From a virus, in the IMG/VR virus record IMGVR_UViG_3300032315_000202, positions 3,502-67,501 of that record: DNA of 64,000 nucleotides. One strand, written 5' to 3'. Below the pieces are notes generated by a model. The model made no database searches and was not told where the DNA came from. It saw only the letters and a list, made by a program, of their open reading frames with translations. Position 1 is the first letter of the stretch; every line of letters begins with the position of its first letter. The position numbers were made by a program, and so were the translations under genes. Below, piece after piece: positions 1-7,929 of this stretch.

Positions 1-870
1 TGTTGCGCCAATGTTGCCTACGTTAGCATTACCTGTTCCAGTATTCAATGTACCTGCAACATTGACACCTGTTCCCGTAACAACTACGACATTAGAATTG
101 CCTGCTACTGAGATTCCTATGTTTCCTGAAGCAACAGGGATGTTGATATTTGATGTGCCATTCGCAAGAGTAGGACCAGGAACAGCGATAACACCGGTCA
201 ATAAACTACCATTACCTGAGAAAAAGTTAGCTACTGCTAGGTTACCAAGATCGGCATTGCCTGATCTAAGATTTGCAATAATGTTAGCGTTAGCCGTGAC
301 ATTCAAGTTACCAGTAACGTTTGCGTTTGCACCCACTGTTAATAGATTTCCAGCCGATACGTTGTTAGCATTTAGATTTGCAGTAACGTTAGCATTCCCG
401 GTAACGCTTAGTACTCCGGAAGTTATAAGATTTCCACCTGTAATATTTCCGACTGCGGTAATAGTATTAGATGACGCAATAGTTAGATTGGCAGTGATGG
501 AATTAGCAGTAAAAGTGTTTCCTATAGTGATGTTTGAAACACCGGTGATATTAGCCGGCAAGTCGATGAATAGAGTTTGTGAAGAATTAGTTAGAGTAGC
601 ATATTGTCCACCGTTGGCACTCACCCCAATACTTAATGTATTAGTGTAAACTTGGACGTTTGAAATATTCGCATTGACTACTACGTTGCCAAACGGAGAA
701 CTGACAGTAATACCCAGACCGGGTGTTCTGTTAACCGAAACAACTCTCTGTGCAGCGATTCCGGAGAATAGTTCTGTAAAGTTTTCCTGAACCTTTTGGA
801 ATGCGGCGCGAATTGCATCTGCATTTGGATCATTGGGAAACGTACCGAAATCAATATTTTGCTGTGCCAG
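1..870 (-). CDS. Virion fibre/baseplate protein with T4 gp9/gp10-like N-terminal motif and long Asn/Ala/Gly/Val-rich repeats; runs off the left edge; apparent CTG start
   Basis: Minus frame reads (L)AQQNIDFGTFPNDPNADAIRAAFQKVQENFTELF...NANVGNIGAT to base 1. AGGAG at 883-879, in-frame TAG at 898-900. Missing from the ORF track. Confidence 0.8.
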   Translation of the reverse strand, partial: MAQQNIDFGTFPNDPNADAIRAAFQKVQENFTELFSGIAAQRVVSVNRTPGLGITVSSPFGNVVVNANISNVQVYTNTLSIGVSANGGQYATLTNSSQTLFIDLPANITGVSNITIGNTFTANSITANLTIASSNTITAVGNITGGNLITSGVLSVTGNANVTANLNANNVSAGNLLTVGANANVTGNLNVTANANIIANLRSGNADLGNLAVANFFSGNGSLLTGVIAVPGPTLANGTSNINIPVASGNIGISVAGNSNVVVVTGTGVNVAGTLNTGTGNANVGNIGAT

Positions 871-906
871 GGGAAATTCTCCTATAGGTTTACTATTCTA
901 CCACAG

Positions 907-914
907 TATTTATC
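907..914 (-). promoter_or_regulatory. T4-like late promoter GATAAATA
   Basis: TAAATA motif recurring upstream of most virion genes in the window. Confidence 0.7.
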
Positions 915-944
915 TTTTCAGCGCAGTTCTCCGTATGGCAATGC

Positions 945-983
945 AGGGAAAACAAAAGCGGGTAGTAGTTTCCCACAGCCCGC
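945..983 (-). terminator. Probable intrinsic terminator after the 1630-aa gene
   Basis: GCGGG-CTGTGG-GAAA-CTACTA-CCCGC hairpin followed by TTTTGTTTT. Confidence 0.55.
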
Positions 984-1075
984 CTCGTTTAGTTTAGTTG
1001 TCTTCGTCACTTGGGCTTTCGCCTGAGATCATCCGGCACACCCCTTGTAAGAGGGTCGCATGGTGCGCCGGTGTG

Positions 1076-4000
1076 TTATTCGCCGTAGAAACTGGGTACA
1101 CTAGGAGGTGTAAGCATAGCCGCAAGTTCGAAGCCGATATGTGCTAGGTCAGGGTGAGGGATGCCAAAGTGGTTCAAAACATGCCTGTATAAGAGTTCAT
1201 ACTTACCAAGAAACTCGGCCGCTGTCCAGAACGCCTTTTTTGCATCGCGCACTAGTTTATCCAAACTTTCATCTAAAGCCTCTGCGTTTGAGTTTCCTGT
1301 CTTTGAGAATTCAGGAGCGATCTGCCCGTTAGCATCAAGAATCTCATAAGCCCTTATGAACTTATCAACGTTTGCTGCGATCTCTTCGGCTGATGGGGCG
1401 GGTAATCCCTTAGCAGCAGCCTCCTGTGCGGCTATACTAACCGCGTCAACGCCGGGAAGGCCGTCACCGTCATCGTCTTCAGTTAGACCTGCTAGCCTTC
1501 TTATCTCGTTCAAGTCGCGCGACTCGTAGGTATCAAAGACCGGCTGGGTACCCAATAGTGGGAAGGCCCTGCCGTAATAGCCCGGCGCACCGGGTTCTGG
1601 GTTTCCGAAGAGGGTCTCCCAAGGGTGGTACAGCATAGGAACATCAAAGCCTAACAGGTTAGCCAGCGCTCCCGCCAAAAGATACGCCCCAAACCATTTG
1701 GCTCCTTTACTAAAATTTCTTTTTGCCTGGTCGATCTTGGAACCCAAACTTTCATCTATGGCTTCTGCGTTTCCTGCCTTTGAGTTTCCTGTCTTTGAGA
1801 ATTCAGGAGCGATCTGCCCGTGAGCATCAAGAAAATCAAAAAGCTGTTTCATCTCAGCAACTTTTTTTGCAATCTCTTCGGCTGATGGAGCGGGTAATCC
1901 CTTAGCAGCAGCGGCTTTCGCAGCTATGCTAACCGCATCAACGCCGGGAAGGCCATCGCCGTCGTCGTCTTCATTGAGACCTGCTAACCTTTTCATTTCT
2001 GAGATTGACTCGCTCCAGAACGCCGACGGCTTTTCGCGATAAAACCACCGGTTAAAAGCCTTATGGGAAGAGCAATAGCGTACGATGCTAAAAGCACTGA
2101 AGCCGGTGTCGGCAGCAATTCTTAAGGCGATGTTATCGGCTTCGCCGACAAGCGTATTATATCTGGCACCGTCTTCTTCGTCTTCCTTCTTGCTTACTAT
2201 TGATGTTAGATCATCATAGAGAGGATGGCTGTCGATTTCGGGATGGTCCCGACCGTCGTCTGCGTTTCGACCTCCGCGAAGTGATTTAATATGCGATTCA
2301 ATATTCTCATTAATACTAGTAGTATTGCGTGAAGCTAGTCTGTTAAGCTGTGAAGCGACAACAGGAATAGTAGCCTGCCCTGTTGACTTCCGCTTATTCA
2401 ACCCACCCGAGATATCGTTAACCATGAAGTCAATACTTTGTTGAAACGAAGCATCAGTTCCCTTACCAGGACCTTTACCTACTTGGTTTGCCCACTCATC
2501 AACTTTTTCTTTATTGCCGGGAGCTGGATTGGCTGTCGTTTTTGTATACTGACGCTGTCTTGCCGGACTCATGTAAGGAGGCGGAGCTTGTAACCGTTTA
2601 GCCATCGCCTGCTCGGCGCCTTGATTAAACTTATCTTGCTTGCTCTTATTAAAGTTATACTGTTGGTCTCTAGCCTTGATGACCATTGCTAATTCAGGAA
2701 TATCGCTGACCTTGATAAGGCTCGTCTGAGCTGGATCGGAGGAAACTTCGTCGTCTATACTAAGATATGTCGCTGCATGGTCAGGATTTTTAATCGAAAT
2801 AGGTTTCCCCCCACCGCTGCGCCGATAATAGTAGGTTTTACCGCTCATGAATTTAACATCATTCGGAGCCTGATATTTTCGTTTATCCGGTGAAGAAGCT
2901 GTTGCTGCTCTTTTTAATAATTCAGGTGACAACTCGTCAAGCTGTTCGGCTTCTTCCGACAACATTGCTAACTTCTTATATAGGTTAACAAATGATTCTT
3001 TTACATCTTTATCTTTCACATCATTTTCCTTTTCTTCGGGTTCGTCCTTGACTCTACGCAGAGCCGGTGGGCCTATCTCATCTCGCATGTTCTTTTCATA
3101 TTCTTGCTTACGCAAGAATGCAGGCTTGTCTGAACCATCCATCCAAGGTTCTAAATCTTCTTCAACAGCTTGATCTTGCATTCCATCTTCGATATCTTGA
3201 CCTGCATCTGCCCTTGCTAATGCTGAGTTAGCTGCTGCATTGCCCTGCATATCGTTTGATGAGTTATGAGCACCGCTGTCTGGAGCATTAGCTTCAGCGA
3301 CCTTGAATTCCATTTGATCTTCTGATTCAACTTCATCCAATACTTCGTCGTGGCCACCGCATTTTGATTCCATCATGCCGCATTCATTACAACGTGCCTC
3401 TGACATTTTTTCGTCATCACAACCACAAGGACTGTTCCCGCATTCTTCGCAACCGCAGTCTTCTTCTTCGTAGTCAGCATTAGTACCTTCGATGCCTGAC
3501 AGCTTCTTCATAAGACCTAACATACCGTCGTGGTCATCAACAACTTCAATTCCGCCCGGAGAGTTGATTTCTGAACGGCCACCTACTTCAGGTGACCCGT
3601 AATCAGAGCCATCATCTCCGCCGAAGATTCCCATGCCTGCTTGCTTTACGAGAGAAAGCAACATGTCTGCTTCAGCATCAGTCGCATTTACATTTACTGA
3701 ATCCGGTGAATTTGGTTCACCCTTAGAGATTGAAACAGAAAATCCTTCGTTGATAAGAGAATTAAGCTGTCTGTCCCATGCTTCAAATGCGAAGTCGCCT
3801 TCTCCTAAATTAGAAGTATCAGTGTATGACCTTCCGCCCATTGAGAACTTACCACCCTTTGGAGTTCTCGCAAGTGCGCCAGTGAATGCATTGCCTTCTT
3901 GAGTGAAGTCCGAGAATCCCTGACCAATACCCGGTCTATTGTTATTTTTGAAATCAGCAGAAGCTTCAGCTTGTGTTTTTTCCTGACCAGTCATTACAAC

Positions 4001-5968
4001 TTTGCCTTTAGCGTCAACAACATCGTACCTGTTCCCCATGTAGTTCCCTTTTGCTGGAACGGCTCGATAGGGTCCTCTTGAAGAGCCTGCTTCATCGAAC
4101 ATCTCATCTTCAGGTAACACGCCTTTTGGTTTACCTAATGGATATTGGTCAGGATAATAACCTGGCTCTCCCTTTTTCATTGCTTTGTAGTCATTTGGAG
4201 ACTTAGCAATCTCACCTGGTCTGCGACGACCTAATACGTCTTGTGGCCTTGAGTTATCAGGTTTATAAGAGAACATTTCATCCATGTCGATCATCTCATC
4301 GAGCGGAGTGTCTAGAGAGTTTTGGGCCATTCCACGAGTTGTAGCTGGCATACGAGCTTCTCTCTTAAGACCTACGATTGGAGACATGCCGTAGCATTCA
4401 TCAAGACCTTCTTTGTAACCTTCGTGATATGCTCTGCCTTCTTCCATGTCTTCGTAGTGCTTACCGTTGTGAGCGTGGCCCTTGAGACCGTGTGCTTTAC
4501 CCTCTAGGCGGGCAGCCTGAATGCGATTGTTCATATTTTCTTTAACTGCCTTTTTCTTTTTATCGACTGCTGCCTTCTTCATTGGTTCTTTCCTATTACC
4601 GTCTTTGTCGAGGTCTAAGAAGTCTGGCTTCTTACCTTCACTAAGTTCTTTTATTCTTGCATATGCAGGAGCTTTTGATTTGGGATATTTCTTACCAATC
4701 AAATCTTTATAGTTTTCTCTGTTGAAGGCATTATCAATAACTTCAACTTGAGGTTCTTTTGCTTCTAATGTTGTCATACTACGACCGGCACCTAAACCAG
4801 CACCTCTAGTATCAATTCCTGATGTAGGAGCGATGTCACCTTCTTTAACTTTTTTCTTGTTCTTATTGTCAAGCATACCGCGCTTGTTAGCAGTTGCCCA
4901 TGCAATGTCTTGTGCTTCGCCTTTTGATTTGCCTGATTTCTTTTCAGACTTTTCAATGTGCTTGACCATGCGATCAACTTTTGCGCCTTCTTCAAGATTC
5001 TCGTCCGAAGGCTGAGCCACGTACGGGTATTTTTTTCGTATCATGAGGTTGTAAGCTGCATCCTTAGCTTGTCCGGCTCTCATTTGCTTACGTGCATCGC
5101 CTGGCTTAGACTTAAAAGCTGCTCTATCTAGCATGTAATCAAGTTCTTTAGCATTGTACTTTTTGAATTTTTCTTCAGCTTCATCGCCGGTGTTTGCTTC
5201 ATCAAGATCAACTTTTGCGCCTTCTTTGATCGGCGAATCAAAGGTCCATCCATTTCGCTCGGCAATTTTGATGACATCGGGCAGTAGATCCTTGACCATT
5301 TCGTCATCTAGATCATAATAATCACGGTCGAGAAGTTCAGCTACCTGTGCGCCTAAATACGCATTAAGTTCACCTTGAACTTCACTAGTCGAAAGGGCTT
5401 CCTCTTGGTCGCAAGGCTGATTGAACTCTGGGAACTTTTCAGCCACGAATGCTTCAGCCCCGCCCTTCTCGAAATCGTGGAAAACTTCAGCCTCTGCATT
5501 TTCTTCAGCATCCGCCGCACGGCCGGCCTCATAACTGGTAGGATCGCCATATTCTACGAGGTCGTCATCTTCTTGCACCGGTTGATTTGGCTGATTGCTA
5601 GTCTGCATTTGATTTGGGTTGGGTTGACCAGCAGCAGTAGGTTGAGATTGTCCTGGTTGCGTTTGCCCGGGAGCTTGAACGATTTGAACGTCCTTTTGAT
5701 CAAATGTATTTAGTAGATCGGCTACAGCAGGATTAGTGCTTGTTAAAAACCCCATACCAGCTTGCTTGTTATTTGGATCCATTACTGGAAGTGGCTTCGC
5801 ACCGGCGGGAATAGATTCGCTCAATTCACGGAACACATCTTTCAGTGATCTCTTTGATGTGGTAGTTGCTACAGGAGCAGGTGAAGACTCATTAAGTACC
5901 TGCCTAGCTTTTGGAGCAGGCAATGCTTCTAGCTGGCTCATTTTGTTTAATAAGTCTTTCATGCTCAT
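1076..5968 (-). CDS. Large modular internal-head/prohead-core-like polyprotein (1630 aa)
   Basis: Acidic, low-complexity protein with many [LIV]-x-E sites (LNE, LVE, IKE, LDE, LEE, VKE, LSE), a DLDKDG motif, repeated RLAGL motif and internal duplications. Confidence 0.7.
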   Translation of the reverse strand: MSMKDLLNKMSQLEALPAPKARQVLNESSPAPVATTTSKRSLKDVFRELSESIPAGAKPLPVMDPNNKQAGMGFLTSTNPAVADLLNTFDQKDVQIVQAPGQTQPGQSQPTAAGQPNPNQMQTSNQPNQPVQEDDDLVEYGDPTSYEAGRAADAEENAEAEVFHDFEKGGAEAFVAEKFPEFNQPCDQEEALSTSEVQGELNAYLGAQVAELLDRDYYDLDDEMVKDLLPDVIKIAERNGWTFDSPIKEGAKVDLDEANTGDEAEEKFKKYNAKELDYMLDRAAFKSKPGDARKQMRAGQAKDAAYNLMIRKKYPYVAQPSDENLEEGAKVDRMVKHIEKSEKKSGKSKGEAQDIAWATANKRGMLDNKNKKKVKEGDIAPTSGIDTRGAGLGAGRSMTTLEAKEPQVEVIDNAFNRENYKDLIGKKYPKSKAPAYARIKELSEGKKPDFLDLDKDGNRKEPMKKAAVDKKKKAVKENMNNRIQAARLEGKAHGLKGHAHNGKHYEDMEEGRAYHEGYKEGLDECYGMSPIVGLKREARMPATTRGMAQNSLDTPLDEMIDMDEMFSYKPDNSRPQDVLGRRRPGEIAKSPNDYKAMKKGEPGYYPDQYPLGKPKGVLPEDEMFDEAGSSRGPYRAVPAKGNYMGNRYDVVDAKGKVVMTGQEKTQAEASADFKNNNRPGIGQGFSDFTQEGNAFTGALARTPKGGKFSMGGRSYTDTSNLGEGDFAFEAWDRQLNSLINEGFSVSISKGEPNSPDSVNVNATDAEADMLLSLVKQAGMGIFGGDDGSDYGSPEVGGRSEINSPGGIEVVDDHDGMLGLMKKLSGIEGTNADYEEEDCGCEECGNSPCGCDDEKMSEARCNECGMMESKCGGHDEVLDEVESEDQMEFKVAEANAPDSGAHNSSNDMQGNAAANSALARADAGQDIEDGMQDQAVEEDLEPWMDGSDKPAFLRKQEYEKNMRDEIGPPALRRVKDEPEEKENDVKDKDVKESFVNLYKKLAMLSEEAEQLDELSPELLKRAATASSPDKRKYQAPNDVKFMSGKTYYYRRSGGGKPISIKNPDHAATYLSIDDEVSSDPAQTSLIKVSDIPELAMVIKARDQQYNFNKSKQDKFNQGAEQAMAKRLQAPPPYMSPARQRQYTKTTANPAPGNKEKVDEWANQVGKGPGKGTDASFQQSIDFMVNDISGGLNKRKSTGQATIPVVASQLNRLASRNTTSINENIESHIKSLRGGRNADDGRDHPEIDSHPLYDDLTSIVSKKEDEEDGARYNTLVGEADNIALRIAADTGFSAFSIVRYCSSHKAFNRWFYREKPSAFWSESISEMKRLAGLNEDDDGDGLPGVDAVSIAAKAAAAKGLPAPSAEEIAKKVAEMKQLFDFLDAHGQIAPEFSKTGNSKAGNAEAIDESLGSKIDQAKRNFSKGAKWFGAYLLAGALANLLGFDVPMLYHPWETLFGNPEPGAPGYYGRAFPLLGTQPVFDTYESRDLNEIRRLAGLTEDDDGDGLPGVDAVSIAAQEAAAKGLPAPSAEEIAANVDKFIRAYEILDANGQIAPEFSKTGNSNAEALDESLDKLVRDAKKAFWTAAEFLGKYELLYRHVLNHFGIPHPDLAHIGFELAAMLTPPSVPSFYGE
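1267..1991 (-). repeat. Two diverged copies of a ~230-bp coding unit (about 1267-1499 and 1749-1991)
   Basis: Both encode RLAGLxEDDDGDGLPGVDAVSIAA...KGLPAPSAEEIA...GQIAPEFSKTGNS...DES. Confidence 0.9.
4972..5226. repeat. Perfect 21-bp direct repeat (4972-4992 and 5206-5226)
   Basis: GATCAACTTTTGCGCCTTCTT occurs twice, 234 nt apart; encodes E-G-A-K-V-D. Confidence 0.9.
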
Positions 5969-5972
5969 TGTC

Positions 5973-6599
5973 TTATCCTTTATTTGCGCCAGTTTGTGGC
6001 TTTGCCGGTCTTGAAATCTTACTCATCGGGCTATCTTTGCCCATTGACGCAAACTGAGTTTCTGGTTTGAACGGATCAAACGCATTCTTTGTCTTAGCTC
6101 CTGCATAAGGAATATCCATCTTGTCATCTTTAGTTTGCTCTTTGATGCTGTCTAAATATGAATTACCGTATGCTTTGGCTGCGTCTTTAGCACCAGGCTG
6201 TTCTTCCATTTCTTCATGTGTAAGAACAGGGCTGTGCTTCATCTCGTTCTCATAACCATCTAATTCACTATTAATGCTATCGTCATACGAAGTCTTGACA
6301 ACACGAACATAGTCTACATTATGTCCAAGCAACTGTGCCATTTGCTGAATCATTGGCTCATTTGCAGGGTAACGGAACTTACCCTTGATGATTGTGACCG
6401 ATTGGTTAGCTAGATTCGGAAAGCCATACGGGTCCTTCTGAATCGGAGTTGATTTTGGATTTGAGAGTTCAACAGGATCAAACTTCTTGAGATTGAAAAG
6501 GAAAAGTTCTAAGAAATTCTTAGTAACGTCTCCGGCAATCTTAATCGTGTAATCATATGTATGAACACTTTCAGCAATGTAATGTCTTAAACTACGCAT
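5973..6599 (-). CDS. Hypothetical late protein (start MRSLRHYIAES)
   Basis: Start moved to ATG 6599, downstream of late promoter GATAAATA at 6625-6632. Confidence 0.7.
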   Translation of the reverse strand: MRSLRHYIAESVHTYDYTIKIAGDVTKNFLELFLFNLKKFDPVELSNPKSTPIQKDPYGFPNLANQSVTIIKGKFRYPANEPMIQQMAQLLGHNVDYVRVVKTSYDDSINSELDGYENEMKHSPVLTHEEMEEQPGAKDAAKAYGNSYLDSIKEQTKDDKMDIPYAGAKTKNAFDPFKPETQFASMGKDSPMSKISRPAKPQTGANKG

Positions 6600-6630
6600 A
6601 TGGATCCCTGCTATTCTTATATTATATTTA

Positions 6631-7116
6631 TCATTGATCGTTATTTTTGCGAGTAAAGGCCTTGAGTAGTTCATTGCGATCCAATGACTGACCTTCTCCT
6701 AACGGAATACTATCAATTTCTTCATTTTTACTTGCAGTCTTTTGATCTAAGGCAGCTTTCTTTAACTGTAAGTCGAGCATCTTTAACTTCTTGTTGATCT
6801 TAGCTGTCTTCGCAGTGATCGCATGACCGAGCATTGTCCCCGCACTGTTGAATATTTCTGAACTAAATCGTGCTTCAACTTGCATACCTAAATCCATCAA
6901 GTCTTTGTAGCTGTTCGTAGCTAATTCAGCTAGATCATCCATCTCGTTATCGGCAGCTTCTAGCCCCCTGACTTGCGGAAGGGCAGCTTCAATCTTTTCT
7001 AGATTGCTTAAAGCTGTTTCTGTTACTTCTTGAGTTTGTTCAGGTAGAGGCTCAGTTAGGTAATTGCCCTCATTAGACGAGGCCAGTTCAAACAGGTCTT
7101 CAAGTTTTTTGCTCAT
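6631..7116 (-). CDS. Helical protein, possible terminase small subunit (gp16-like)
   Basis: Size, helical pattern and C-terminal LDRNELLK loosely resemble T4 gp16; late promoter at 7122-7128. Confidence 0.4.
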   Translation of the reverse strand: MSKKLEDLFELASSNEGNYLTEPLPEQTQEVTETALSNLEKIEAALPQVRGLEAADNEMDDLAELATNSYKDLMDLGMQVEARFSSEIFNSAGTMLGHAITAKTAKINKKLKMLDLQLKKAALDQKTASKNEEIDSIPLGEGQSLDRNELLKAFTRKNNDQ

Positions 7117-7128
7117 GCAACTATTTAG

Positions 7129-7563
7129 TTACTTGCGCCCATTATAGAACAAATCATCTTCCGTAATTACGCGAAAGGTTAGTCCTTGTGCCTTACAGTA
7201 AGCATTAGCAGCAGCCCATTTGGCGTGGTTAATCGCTACTACTACACGATCTCGTGCGCTTGCTACCTTGCTCTCAATGATACTTTGTTTTTTGGGCTTG
7301 ATCTCTACGATCTCGGCTACTTTCTGACCGCGCTTGTTTTCATATAGCACGAAAAAATCTGGAATGTAATTAGTTGGTTTGCCAGTCAACGGATGACGAT
7401 ATTTGATAACAAGTGATTCACTGGCCCACTGCAATACGCTGGTGTTATTATCACAAAATTGCATGAACGCTAGTTCCCAACCTGAACGATACTTAGGTTT
7501 GTGGTTGCCTACATACTTCTGGGGGTTTTTGGGGATGAATATACCTTGCGCCCACTTAGCCAT
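7129..7563 (-). CDS. gp4: Head completion nuclease (T4 gp4-like, TnsA-type PD-(D/E)XK)
   Basis: PKNPQKYVG..YRSGWELAFMQFCD..WASE..YIPDF..EIKP..NHAKW motifs. Confidence 0.85.
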   Translation of the reverse strand: MAKWAQGIFIPKNPQKYVGNHKPKYRSGWELAFMQFCDNNTSVLQWASESLVIKYRHPLTGKPTNYIPDFFVLYENKRGQKVAEIVEIKPKKQSIIESKVASARDRVVVAINHAKWAAANAYCKAQGLTFRVITEDDLFYNGRK

Positions 7564-7564
7564 T

Positions 7565-7921
7565 TTATAGGACGACGTTGCGTTGCACTGCCTGATTTGG
7601 ATTAGGAATCTGGCTTATACCATACAGAGATGCTTTTGATTTGAAGGTGTTTAGATAATAACAAATAGTTGCATTCATCTCAAGTTGGTTGTTAGTACCC
7701 TTCAATGCTCCGAGCATGTCGACCACATTGTATCTACCGTCTTGTGCAATTCTAAATAGTATTGCTGTAAAATTACCTGCGATGTTTGGATTATCACTAA
7801 CACCAAGGAAGTAAGAATACACTATATCGTATTCTGAAGCATTTACAACAAGATTGATGTTGTAAAAACTATCGAATACTGTCACTGTTTGGTTAGTTGA
7901 GTTTTTATTTGCTGTTGCCAT
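7565..7921 (-). CDS. Hypothetical protein
   Basis: 118-aa ORF in the operon; late promoter at 7927-7933. Confidence 0.7.
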   Translation of the reverse strand: MATANKNSTNQTVTVFDSFYNINLVVNASEYDIVYSYFLGVSDNPNIAGNFTAILFRIAQDGRYNVVDMLGALKGTNNQLEMNATICYYLNTFKSKASLYGISQIPNPNQAVQRNVVL

Positions 7922-7929
7922 AGCACTAT

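Noticed and set aside
11-649. 212-aa plus-strand ORF
   Set aside because: Shadow of the low-complexity minus-strand fibre gene, which has the SD, promoter and recognisable motif
796-1026. 76-aa plus-strand ORF across the intergenic structure
   Set aside because: No SD, TTG start, and overlaps the promoter and start of the minus-strand gene
984-1075. tRNA, tmRNA or hammerhead interpretation of the structured spacer
   Set aside because: No T-loop GTTC/CCA arrangement, no CUGANGA core, and no convincing tag frame
1267-1991. CRISPR array or diversity-generating retroelement TR/VR pair
   Set aside because: Only two in-frame coding copies, no spacer periodicity, differences include indels and are not confined to adenines, and no reverse transcriptase or cas gene is in the window
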